Under the pieces are notes generated by a model. That model ran no database searches. It worked only from the letters and a program-made list of their open reading frames with translations, and was not told where the DNA came from. A stretch of DNA of 64,000 nucleotides from Promethearchaeota archaeon (GTDB lineage: Archaea; Asgardarchaeota; Lokiarchaeia; Sigyniarchaeales; SOKP01), in NCBI GenBank assembly GCA_020343655.1, contig CP070805.1:1955145-2019144 (forward strand), written 5' to 3'. Positions 31,188 through 40,467 of the stretch are shown piece after piece; within the stretch, counting starts at the first letter, position 1; every line of letters starts with the position of its first letter. The translations under genes and the position numbers were made by a program.

Positions 31188-31949
31188 ATTCTTGAATGGG
31201 TAATATTATTCAGCATTTTAGGAAGTGTAGGAGCAATTACCGCTGCGGGGAGCTTTATGTTTTTAAATGAGAAATATCAAAAGAGTCTTATACCAATTTT
31301 AATTGCATTTGCTACAGGAGTACTTCTAACAGTAGCATTTTTAGGATTAATTCCAGAAGCTGTTGAAGGAGTAGAAGGAGAACCTCATATTATTATGCCT
31401 TTTATATTAGGAGGTATCCTTTTTTTCTTTATAATGGAAAAGATTGTGATCTGGAGAAATTGTCGTAATAAAGAATGTGAAGTGCATTCACACGCTTCTG
31501 GACCTATTATCCTTATTGGTGACTCATTACATAATCTAACAGATGGTATTGTGATCGCAGCTGCATTTTTAACCAACCCAACCAATCCTAATCTTGGAAT
31601 TGTAGCTGGATTCACTATTATATTTCATGAATTAGCGCACGAAACTGGGGATTTTGGTGTACTGTTACATTCAGGATATTCAAAAAAGAAAGCATTTGTT
31701 TATAATATCATCTCAAGTTCAACTACAATACCTGCTGCGATTATATCTTATTTTCTTTTAGATTCAATTGCGTTTATCGTGCCATTTTTATTAGCTATTG
31801 CCGCTTCAAGTTTCATTTACATAGCACTTTCAGATTTAACTCCAGATCTTCATCAACACACAGATATAAAATATATTGTTCGCCAATTAGCTGTAATAAT
31901 AATTGGTATTCTATTGATGGCACTATTACTGTCAATAGGAGGTCATTAA
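31188..31949 (+). CDS. ZIP family metal transporter; probable ATT start
   Basis: GDSLHNLTDG, HELAHETGDF, FIYIALSDL; first TM (ILEWVILFSILGSVGAITAAGSF) lies upstream of tracked ATG 31257, beginning at ATT after GGTGAT. Confidence 0.9.
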   Translation: MLEWVILFSILGSVGAITAAGSFMFLNEKYQKSLIPILIAFATGVLLTVAFLGLIPEAVEGVEGEPHIIMPFILGGILFFFIMEKIVIWRNCRNKECEVHSHASGPIILIGDSLHNLTDGIVIAAAFLTNPTNPNLGIVAGFTIIFHELAHETGDFGVLLHSGYSKKKAFVYNIISSSTTIPAAIISYFLLDSIAFIVPFLLAIAASSFIYIALSDLTPDLHQHTDIKYIVRQLAVIIIGILLMALLLSIGGH

Positions 31950-32000
31950 TACTGAAACTATATTTTTTTTTGAAAAAGTAATAATTGTGGTATTTAAGCC

Positions 32001-32414
32001 ATGTTAGATATTGATTATAAAGTTTTGAGAATACTACATCGGAATGATCCCCTGAAAGTAGGTAGTATTGCTAAAAAAATAGGTTTACCTCACTCTACAG
32101 TGGGAAGTTGTATTAAAAGATTAGAGAATAATGGTTATGTAGTATATCAACGCTATAATCCAGTTATTTTAACAGATAAAGGGACAGATTTAGCTATTGA
32201 ATTGAATCGTCATGCTCATCTACTTGAAATGTTACTAATCAATGAGCTCGAAATAGAAGCCAATGATGCTCATGCTGAGTGTGAAAAATTCAATTTACTT
32301 TTTTCATGTAATGTAATAAAGAAAATTTGTGAAAGATATAAACATCCAAAAGAATGTTCTTGCGGCGAAGAAATTTCAAATTCTTCAGATTGCTTTTGTG
32401 AAAAAGAAATTTAA
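32001..32414 (+). CDS. DtxR/MntR family metal-dependent regulator
   Basis: IAKKIGLPHSTV..IKRL, LTDKG, RHAHLLE; next to ZIP transporter; Cys-rich tail. Confidence 0.88.
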   Translation: MLDIDYKVLRILHRNDPLKVGSIAKKIGLPHSTVGSCIKRLENNGYVVYQRYNPVILTDKGTDLAIELNRHAHLLEMLLINELEIEANDAHAECEKFNLLFSCNVIKKICERYKHPKECSCGEEISNSSDCFCEKEI

Positions 32415-32511
32415 AAAATTAACTTGTAAGATCATCAGAAGGTTTCCCTTATTTATCGTTATGATCTAAAAAAAGAGTGGTTGAGATTTTGCTTTATAAG
32501 ATATCATTCCA

Positions 32512-32988
32512 TTATTTAATGATCTCGTCAGACGCAAACGCAATTAGAATCCGCCCATAGAAAAAATGATGACTTTTCAAATCCGATTTAGATGTGTAGA
32601 TAATTTGACATTCATAACTTAAAATACAATCTTTTATTGTGGGTACTTTTGTTCTTTTTCCGGGAATGGTTTCCAATCCCGCTTCTTTAAATTTATCAGT
32701 ATTTCTCCCTGAATAAGACCCTGCGATATATACTGCGTTATACATTTTATCTGAAGGTATGTTTACAGTAAATTCATTTACGCCCTCGGTAAGTAATTTA
32801 TAAGTATATCGACTATAATCTACTTGTGCTCTAATTACTGGAACATCCTCGAATTCTTGAATAGTCTTCCAATCCAATGCCATAACATTGGGTTTTCTAT
32901 TTTTATCCATCGATACTAATAATCCTGTATTTCTCTTAAAAGACTCAATAAATTCATATGGTCCGATTTCTTTTCTATTATAAGACAT
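32512..32988 (-). CDS. Flavin reductase-like (flavoredoxin) protein
   Basis: PNVMA, EFTVNIP, GSYSGRNTDKF, HHFFYGRI. Confidence 0.88.
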   Translation of the reverse strand: MSYNRKEIGPYEFIESFKRNTGLLVSMDKNRKPNVMALDWKTIQEFEDVPVIRAQVDYSRYTYKLLTEGVNEFTVNIPSDKMYNAVYIAGSYSGRNTDKFKEAGLETIPGKRTKVPTIKDCILSYECQIIYTSKSDLKSHHFFYGRILIAFASDEIIK

Positions 32989-33041
32989 TTTCTTTTATTT
33001 TTTACTTAGTTTTGATAAATCCTTTTTGAACAGAATAAAGA

Positions 33042-33881
33042 TTAAGGAAGTCCAGCCCCGGGAATATCGACCTTTACGTATTCTATCCGTCCTTTTACTC
33101 TCTCAGCGGTTGATGTTGCTATAAAAAGTATATCACGGTTAGGACCACCAAGCATACAAGCATAAGAATCTGTTTCAATTTTTACTACATCAGTAATTTT
33201 ACCACCTTCGAGAACACGTACAACCCTATGGCGTCCTGGAGCAGAAGACCAAATTGCACCTTCAGCATCCAAACATATTCCATCAGGAGCAGTTGATCTA
33301 GGTTTAGCCCATAATCTACGTTCTGTAAGAGAACCATCTTCCATGATATTAAATGCCGTAAGACGTTGAGCAAAAGTTTCTGCAACAATAAGAGTCTTAC
33401 CATCTGGAGTAATAACCATTCCATTCGGGAAAGCCATGTTATCAGCAACAATTCTAGCATCTCCTTCGGGGGTTACAAGAATAATCTCAGCTGGAGTAAA
33501 TTTTGGATTAGGACTAAAAAAGTTAAATCCCATATTTCCTACATACACTCTCCCTTTATCGTCAACAACCATATCGTTGCAGTTTAAAGTGGCAAGAACA
33601 CTCAAGTCTGCATGTTTTGTTAATCCTTCGGGATCAAGACGAAGTATCCTACTATTTTCCATTGATACTATTAATAATGTACCATCAGGGAGCCAACCTA
33701 AACCAGAAGTTCGGTTCGCTATCTCCAATATCGTTTCTGTGTTTCCATTCAGATCCACGGTCACTACTTTATGAGCATCCATTTCGGAGAACCATAGTTT
33801 ACCATTATGCCAACGTGGGCTTTCTGGCCATAATAAACCTTCAAGAAGGATTTCTGTTGTCAAAATTACCATTAATTTCAC
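33042..33881 (-). CDS. SMP-30/gluconolactonase family protein
   Basis: PESPRWH, CNDMVVD, FPNGM, PDGICLDAEG; likely start ATG 33872. Confidence 0.92.
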   Translation of the reverse strand: MKLMVILTTEILLEGLLWPESPRWHNGKLWFSEMDAHKVVTVDLNGNTETILEIANRTSGLGWLPDGTLLIVSMENSRILRLDPEGLTKHADLSVLATLNCNDMVVDDKGRVYVGNMGFNFFSPNPKFTPAEIILVTPEGDARIVADNMAFPNGMVITPDGKTLIVAETFAQRLTAFNIMEDGSLTERRLWAKPRSTAPDGICLDAEGAIWSSAPGRHRVVRVLEGGKITDVVKIETDSYACMLGGPNRDILFIATSTAERVKGRIEYVKVDIPGAGLP

Positions 33882-34043
33882 ATATTTTAATTTTCTTAAT
33901 GTTAAAATTTTATTTAAAGTTTAAATTTTTTATCGTGAATTAATTTATCTATAGCGAGAAGACAAGTTTCTCGGTTTTTATGAGAAATATAATAGAATAA
34001 GGAAAAAAAATAATATAAGTATTTATTTTGATTATAACTAAAC

Positions 34044-35081
34044 TTATACTATATATGAACTAGCTTCTTTCAACCTTTTTTCAGCAGACTTAATGATATC
34101 ATTAATGATGTCCTGAACACTCTCAATCGAGTTAATAATACCTATACTTTGTCCCAACAGGACTGCTCCATCAATAATATTACCGTCATAAATCATTTCA
34201 TAATGCTTTTGATCTTCCATAGCCATCTCAGGAGTTATCTGTGCTTCTAATGCCATTTTTTCTTCTTTAGTGGAAACGACTCCATGGTGTAAAGAATAAT
34301 TATTTTTCCACAGGCGAATTGGACCCAAAACTCCAGTGACGTATATAGTGTCGCTTGCTTTTGCTGGAGGTACTACATTTTTATAATTTTCATTAAATTC
34401 ACTTTCTTTTGAGGCAATAAATCTAGATCCCATTGCAATAGCTCCTGCTCCCACTGCTAAAGCTGAAGCTAAACCCTCACCGCTCGCAAAGCCTCCACAT
34501 GCTATGATTGGTAGATCTGGATATTTTTGTTTAACCTGTTGAAGAAGAACTAATGTACTGATCTTTTCATAAGATTGATGTCCTCCACCTTCATACCCAG
34601 TTAATACAACACCATCAACTCCCGCATCAACACACTTTGTAGCAAGCCATAATGCTGGAGCAACATGAAAATGTTTAATATTAGAACCACTTTCTATCAA
34701 TCTTTGGTATGGTTTCATTTTTGGCAATGTTTTAGCTGACCCTGCACTTGTAATTGCATAAATACATTGCTCTTTTAATTTCGAATTATCCATAATAAAT
34801 CTTGAAATTCCACGACAGAGTCCTGGAGCATCAAGTTGTAATCTGGATGTTCTTACATTAAATCCAAAAGGTTTGTCTGTGTGCTCAATTACATACTCCA
34901 TATCCTTCTTCATTTCTTCTAAACTACTTTTCCCAAATAGATTAGTATGACTTAAGACACCCAAACCACCTGCTTCAGAAATCGCAACAGCTAACTCCTT
35001 AGTGTAAAATGGGCCCATAGGAGCAGCAACAATCGGATGTTTAATTCCGAGCATTTTAGTAATGTTTGTTTCTAAAACCAA
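34044..35081 (-). CDS. Nitronate monooxygenase / FabK-like FMN oxidoreductase
   Basis: LGIKHPIVAAPM, SEAGGLG, GYEGGGH, GAGAIAMGSRF, GQSIG. Confidence 0.9.
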   Translation of the reverse strand: MVLETNITKMLGIKHPIVAAPMGPFYTKELAVAISEAGGLGVLSHTNLFGKSSLEEMKKDMEYVIEHTDKPFGFNVRTSRLQLDAPGLCRGISRFIMDNSKLKEQCIYAITSAGSAKTLPKMKPYQRLIESGSNIKHFHVAPALWLATKCVDAGVDGVVLTGYEGGGHQSYEKISTLVLLQQVKQKYPDLPIIACGGFASGEGLASALAVGAGAIAMGSRFIASKESEFNENYKNVVPPAKASDTIYVTGVLGPIRLWKNNYSLHHGVVSTKEEKMALEAQITPEMAMEDQKHYEMIYDGNIIDGAVLLGQSIGIINSIESVQDIINDIIKSAEKRLKEASSYIV

Positions 35082-35400
35082 ATTCTTATACCCTTTTTTA
35101 TTCTTTTTATTCTTTTTAAAGATATTATATTGTTGATAATGAAAAATAAGAACATTATATAAATTTTTTATAGATTTAAAAACGATTAAATAGATTATAT
35201 TCTCTTTTAAGAAATATTGATTTAATCAATTAAATAGTTCTGAATAATATATAAGAAGTTATTAAAAGTTGGTTTCTAAATATATTTAAATATAACTTTC
35301 TTTTTTGTTTTTATAAGCTAATTAATTCTTAATTAATGGTCTAAAGCCATATAATTTTCACCTCAAGTGTTTTACAAATATTTTTTAGGCGATAAATAAG

Positions 35401-36414
35401 TTGGATACTATTAATTTAAAATTAGTTGTCCTTGGAGAAGGAGAGGTTGGGAAAACTTCTATTATAAATGCCTTTCTTCGAAAAGAAATCCCTATGCAAT
35501 ATTTACCAACAATTGGTAGTATCACAACTAAAAAAGAATATGTGATAAAAGAAAATCAAAATGAAGTTAGGATTATACTTTCAATTTGGGATGCAGGGGG
35601 GCAAAGGTCTTTTAATCCTCTAAATCCTGCAATTTATGCTGATTTAGACATAGTTCTTTTAGTATTTGATCTATCCAGACCAAAAGAAACACTGAAAAAC
35701 CTTAAAAGTGAATTTTTAGAAAATGCGAATCGATATTCTGAAGAAATTCTTTCAATTCTAGTTGGGAACAAATTAGATTTACTTTCTGTTAATGATGAAG
35801 TGAAAGAAACCATCAAAAGTTTTTTAACTAAAAATGACAATTTAATTTTCATTTCGGCAAAAACAAGTGAAAATATCACTGAATGTATTGAATTGTTGAT
35901 TTATACATTTTTAAGAAAGGCAGAGATTTTGTATCCTGATGTTGTTCTTACTAATATATCTCAACTTTTTCTAAAATTAATCAATAAAAATGAAAAACAA
36001 TTAAAGAGCCGATTGATAAATTTAAAAAATATAGATAAGGTTTTCCAAAAAGTTGAACCAAAGCTTAAAGTTAAAAAAGCAACTGATATAGAGAAAAAGG
36101 ATAAAGATCTAGTTTATTACGATTTTCTTAAGCAAGAACTAAATAATAATGATATTCAAAAAAATGAAGTTATGGATAGATTTTTAATTAATCTTACTGA
36201 ACTTAACAAAACAATTCAACACATAAAAAAATCCCAATCTACCTCGGTTGAAGAATCATTTATAGACTTAAAAGATTTTTTAATGAATGCTAAAAAAGAG
36301 TTTGAAATGAATTTAGAATTAATGACAAAATTAAATAGAGAGGAATTTGAATTAGTAAAAATTATAACCAAATTTAGAGAAGAACACTCAAAACTAGAGA
36401 TAGGAGCGTTCTAA
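35401..36414 (+). CDS. Rab/Ras-like small GTPase with C-terminal helical extension
   Basis: G1 GEGEVGKTS, G2 PTIG, G3 WDAGGQ, G4 NKLD, G5 SAK; about 160-aa helical tail; no C-terminal Cys. Confidence 0.9.
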   Translation: MDTINLKLVVLGEGEVGKTSIINAFLRKEIPMQYLPTIGSITTKKEYVIKENQNEVRIILSIWDAGGQRSFNPLNPAIYADLDIVLLVFDLSRPKETLKNLKSEFLENANRYSEEILSILVGNKLDLLSVNDEVKETIKSFLTKNDNLIFISAKTSENITECIELLIYTFLRKAEILYPDVVLTNISQLFLKLINKNEKQLKSRLINLKNIDKVFQKVEPKLKVKKATDIEKKDKDLVYYDFLKQELNNNDIQKNEVMDRFLINLTELNKTIQHIKKSQSTSVEESFIDLKDFLMNAKKEFEMNLELMTKLNREEFELVKIITKFREEHSKLEIGAF

Positions 36415-36455
36415 TAAATAATTAACGAATTAAGAAACTATTTAAATTAAAAAGG

Positions 36456-37469
36456 GTGAAAAAGATACCTGAAGAAATTTCTTTAAAAGATTTCCAGAAA
36501 TTAAAAGAACAAGTTAATAAGCTTAATCAGAAATTAAATGACCAAATTAAAACATTTGAACAAAAAGAAAGAGATAACATCAAAAATCTCGAAAAAAAAT
36601 TGATAGAACAAATTAATAACTTAGATCAAACTCTGAATGATAAAATAAATAATTTAGAAAAGAATTCAAGCGAACAGGTGAAAAAAATTGATCAAACACT
36701 AAATGAACAAGTTAAAAATCTAGATAAGAACCTAAATGATAATATTAGTAAAGTAGAAAAAAAATCAACTGAAGAGATTAATAAGTTAGACCAAAAAGTG
36801 AAGACCCAATTCACACGGCTGGATCAGAAAATTGATGAACAGGGGAAGACAACTAATAAGAAAATGGGAGATTTAGCAAATATGTTTGAAGGAGAATTAA
36901 ACGAAAAATTTACTACTCTTGATAAAAAATTGGAGGAAGACTTTAAAGCACTTAATTTAGAAATTGAAAATATATTTAAAACAATCAATCAAAAATTGAA
37001 TGATTATGTTAATGATCTCAAAAATGAGATAAAATCTCTCACTGATAACATAAAAACTAATAATGAAGATTTTAAAACAAGATTGAAGAATTTTAAGGAA
37101 GAATTTGATATTAAAGAAGATGTTATTAGAGATATGTTTAAAAAATTCGAAGAGGAAAATATAGAATTTAAAAATAATCTTAAACCAGTGTTAGAAACCC
37201 TCAAGAGTCAGCAAGATTTAGTCAAAATAACCCTTGATGTACAAAAAAAACAAATATTTGAAAGTGCTAAAAAATGGATTGATGATGAAATAAAATTAGC
37301 ATGTAAAAATAAAGAAAAAGAAATTCTCATGAATTTGTGGATTGATGAATTAAAAGACATTATTAGCAATTTAGATAAATTAAAAGAAATAAATCCTAAA
37401 GATTTAAAGCTTCATATTAATGAAATATCGAGTACTATTGATTCATTTAAACAAAAATTCATAAAATAA
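36456..37469 (+). CDS. Coiled-coil protein with 11-residue repeats
   Basis: LEKKLIEQINN LDQTLNDKINN LEKNSSEQVKK IDQTLNEQVKN LDKNLNDNISK VEKKSTEEINK LDQKVKTQFTR. Confidence 0.8.
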   Translation: MKKIPEEISLKDFQKLKEQVNKLNQKLNDQIKTFEQKERDNIKNLEKKLIEQINNLDQTLNDKINNLEKNSSEQVKKIDQTLNEQVKNLDKNLNDNISKVEKKSTEEINKLDQKVKTQFTRLDQKIDEQGKTTNKKMGDLANMFEGELNEKFTTLDKKLEEDFKALNLEIENIFKTINQKLNDYVNDLKNEIKSLTDNIKTNNEDFKTRLKNFKEEFDIKEDVIRDMFKKFEEENIEFKNNLKPVLETLKSQQDLVKITLDVQKKQIFESAKKWIDDEIKLACKNKEKEILMNLWIDELKDIISNLDKLKEINPKDLKLHINEISSTIDSFKQKFIK

Positions 37470-37587
37470 TTCTTTTTTGTTTATTTATTAGTATTAGAAA
37501 ATGATATTTTAAAATATTAAGAAACTGTTTTTTTTATTTAAAGAAATTTTAAAAGACTAATAATTGAAAAATCTCTAATGGTAAAAA

Positions 37588-38547
37588 ATGAACCCTGATA
37601 TTATTTCACTAGGGGAGTTATTAATTGAAATTATGCGCACCGATTTGGATATTCCACACGGAATGATTGGAGCAACATATAGAGGACCATTTCCAAGTGG
37701 AGCCCCTGCTATATTTATTGATTCTGCAGCTAGGATGGGAAAAATTTTTCAACTAACTACGGGCTTTTTTGGAGTAATAGGAAATGATGAATTTGGTAAT
37801 TGCATAATTGAGAAATTACAGAAAGATAATGTTGATATATCTCAAATTAGAGTTGCTAATGGATTTACTACTGGAATTGCCTTCAATCAATATAATACTG
37901 ATGGTTCTCGTAAATTCATTTTTGCGAAGGGGGCTGCGGGGGAAACTTCTCCAGAAGATATTAAAGAAGAATATTTTAAGAACATAAAAAATGTCCATAT
38001 TATGGGAAGTGCCCTTTCCATTAGTAATAAATCTCGAGATGCATGTTATAAAGCTATAAATTTAGCAAAAAAAAATAATCCAGAGGTACTTATATCATTT
38101 GATCCAAATCTTAGAACTGAAATGTTAGATTTAGATAAGATTCTGAAAATTAGCATGCCAATTTTAGAAGAAACAGATATTTTGCTTCCAAGTCATGAAG
38201 AAGCTGAAATGCTAGCTGAAACAAATGGATCAAAAGAAGCTTGCCAAAAATTAATCGAAATGGGACCTAAAGTTATCGTATTGAAACAAAAAAAAGAAGG
38301 TTGTACAATTTTTACCTCAGATAATCTTGAGGGACTTAAAGTAGAAGGTTTTAAGGCAACCGAGAGAGATCCTACTGGTGCAGGTGATTCTTTTGGGGGT
38401 GCTTTTATCGTTGGATACTTAGTTGGTTGGGATTTAAAAAAGACTGCTAGATTCGCAAATGCTGTAGGTGCACTTAAAGTTGAATCTTTTGGACCCATGC
38501 CTGATACTTCATATAAAGATGTTGTTGAATTAATGAGAAAAAATTGA
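37588..38547 (+). CDS. PfkB family sugar kinase
   Basis: SGAPA, GNDEFG, FDPNLR, DPTGAGDSFGG, ANAVGA. Confidence 0.94.
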   Translation: MNPDIISLGELLIEIMRTDLDIPHGMIGATYRGPFPSGAPAIFIDSAARMGKIFQLTTGFFGVIGNDEFGNCIIEKLQKDNVDISQIRVANGFTTGIAFNQYNTDGSRKFIFAKGAAGETSPEDIKEEYFKNIKNVHIMGSALSISNKSRDACYKAINLAKKNNPEVLISFDPNLRTEMLDLDKILKISMPILEETDILLPSHEEAEMLAETNGSKEACQKLIEMGPKVIVLKQKKEGCTIFTSDNLEGLKVEGFKATERDPTGAGDSFGGAFIVGYLVGWDLKKTARFANAVGALKVESFGPMPDTSYKDVVELMRKN

Positions 38548-38558
38548 ATTTAGATTGG

Positions 38559-38636
38559 CTTATTGTGTTTGTTCATACGCGAACCACAGATAAAGTTTTA
38601 CCTATATCTTTCAATCCGGTCAAAAAACACAATAAG
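38559..38636. repeat. 12-bp inverted repeat enclosing smaller hairpins
   Basis: CTTATTGTGTTT (38559..38570) pairs with AAACACAATAAG (38625..38636); inner GTTC-ATACGC-GAAC and AGATA...TATCT stems. Confidence 0.6.
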
Positions 38637-38946
38637 TCCATATTTAGGGATTAATTGATTTATAAAAATCCAATTTACCATTTAAAACATAATCATTTAT
38701 AAAGTTATTCCTTCATTATGTTCAAATATTCAAATATATGAGAGAAAAAATCAACATTTAAATATCTGAAATAAGTATATTTCATAAGATACAAATAAGA
38801 TGTGTGCAAAACAATGTTCTATTTATATCGATATCTATTTGACCAAAATAGATTTTATAAATACAAAAAAAATTGCACAAATTAATTAAATTTTCATATT
38901 CTAATTCTATATGAGGTATTAAATATCATAATCCAATATTCATAAA

Positions 38947-40401
38947 ATGACAGACGAATTTAAAGGAGAAGAAAAGGAAAGTAAATCGGAAAGGGAAACG
39001 GATAGAGTAGATAAGGAATTCTTATCTAAAGCTAAAAACTCAAGAGACATGATTGACAAAAAACTCAGAACGTTTGAAAATAGTATTGAAGATATATCGG
39101 AAACCATTACAAATGCAGAAACAGCGGAAAAAAAAGAGACTGAGAAGAAAGCTATAGAAGAAATTAGTGATGAGATAAAACAAGCACAAGAAAAACTTGA
39201 TAATATTGTAAAAAAGATAGATGATAAAGAAGAATATCTTACTGCGATTGAAGAGACTCTAAAACAGCTTGAAGAAAAATATAATAGAAAAACAGAAGAG
39301 ATGGATAACTTAGAAAATAGATTAAATATTACCCAAGAAAGTAAAGATAATTTAGAGCAAGAATATATGGAGCTTTTGAAAAATAATGAACAATTAGTTA
39401 AACAATATGAAACAAGGCAAGTAGACTTAATTGTACTAACAGATTCAATAAAAGAGAAAGTTACTACTCAAGAGGAACTTCGTAACAAAATTTCAAAAAT
39501 GAATCAAGAGATCCAAATAAACGAAGAACTACTTGAAAAACAAAGAGAAGAAGTTGAAGCAATAGAAAAAAAATTAAAAAGCCAACGAGCTGAAAATGAG
39601 ACATTAAGAGTATCAATTGGTAAAAATAAAATTGAATTAGAGCATTCTAATACTGAAATTGAAGCAAAGGAAGAAGAGAAGAACCTTCTGACTGAGCAAA
39701 TTGATAAGAAAGAAAAGAGAATTAAAGAGATTGAGCTAAAACTTGAAGAATATCAAGAAGGATTTCCTGAAATGGAAAAACAAAGAGAAACATACGAAGA
39801 ACTTCTTGCTAAGTATAAGGTACAGTTAACAGATAAACAACAACAAATGATTGATATTGAATCACGAATACAAGAATTGAATGATACAACTAATTCTTTA
39901 ATTGAACAAATTATCACTAAAGAAAACCTAATTGAGGCAAATGAAAAAAGAATAGCGGATTTAAAAAAGGATATTGATGCTTCCAACACAGAGTATCTTG
40001 AACGCGAACAAAGATTAGATGCATTAACTGAAAAATTAAAACATATGGAAGCTGAACACGAAAAATTGAATAAAGCAAAAGAATCAATTGAAAGTAGCAC
40101 AAATGATTCTAGAATAATTTTACAGAAATTAAAAATAGAATTAGAAAATCAAGAAAAAGAAATCAGAGATAAAGAAAGTCGAATTCATAGATTAGAAGTC
40201 TTATCTGCTATATATAGAGCTTCTAAATTTTTTGGTGGAATATTGATTGGAATTGGTGTGTTTTTTATAATATGGGCGATTGGTGTGTTTTTTCAATTTA
40301 TTGATTTAGGTGATATCAATAATTTTTTGATGAGCTTATTTCTATTAATTGGAGCTAGCTTATCGATTATTTCGGGAATTTTCCACCTAGAAAAATCATG
40401 A
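38947..40401 (+). CDS. Long coiled-coil protein with C-terminal two-TM anchor
   Basis: About 420 aa E/K-rich heptads, then FFGGILIGIGVFFIIWAIGVF and FLMSLFLLIGASLSIISGIF. Confidence 0.8.
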   Translation: MTDEFKGEEKESKSERETDRVDKEFLSKAKNSRDMIDKKLRTFENSIEDISETITNAETAEKKETEKKAIEEISDEIKQAQEKLDNIVKKIDDKEEYLTAIEETLKQLEEKYNRKTEEMDNLENRLNITQESKDNLEQEYMELLKNNEQLVKQYETRQVDLIVLTDSIKEKVTTQEELRNKISKMNQEIQINEELLEKQREEVEAIEKKLKSQRAENETLRVSIGKNKIELEHSNTEIEAKEEEKNLLTEQIDKKEKRIKEIELKLEEYQEGFPEMEKQRETYEELLAKYKVQLTDKQQQMIDIESRIQELNDTTNSLIEQIITKENLIEANEKRIADLKKDIDASNTEYLEREQRLDALTEKLKHMEAEHEKLNKAKESIESSTNDSRIILQKLKIELENQEKEIRDKESRIHRLEVLSAIYRASKFFGGILIGIGVFFIIWAIGVFFQFIDLGDINNFLMSLFLLIGASLSIISGIFHLEKS

Positions 40402-40467
40402 ATTGTTAATATTAATAAAACATATAACAATTTTAATTTTTTATATTGGATATATATAGGAATAAAT

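Noticed and set aside
32429-32467. Hairpin with CTGATGA on the minus strand (hammerhead or C/D box?)
   Set aside because: Other core elements are not in the required arrangement; position between convergent genes fits a simple terminator-like structure.
234-36414. Eukaryote-style prenylation pathway (ICMT x2, prenyltransferase-like protein, Rab-like GTPase)
   Set aside because: The GTPase has no C-terminal Cys, the prenyltransferase-like domain looks extracellular, ICMT-family proteins are widespread in prokaryotes, and the genes are not clustered.
38545-38640. Selenocysteine readthrough of the pfkB TGA with the hairpin as SECIS
   Set aside because: PfkB is complete at the TGA, a TAG follows two codons later, and no tandem GA core is evident.
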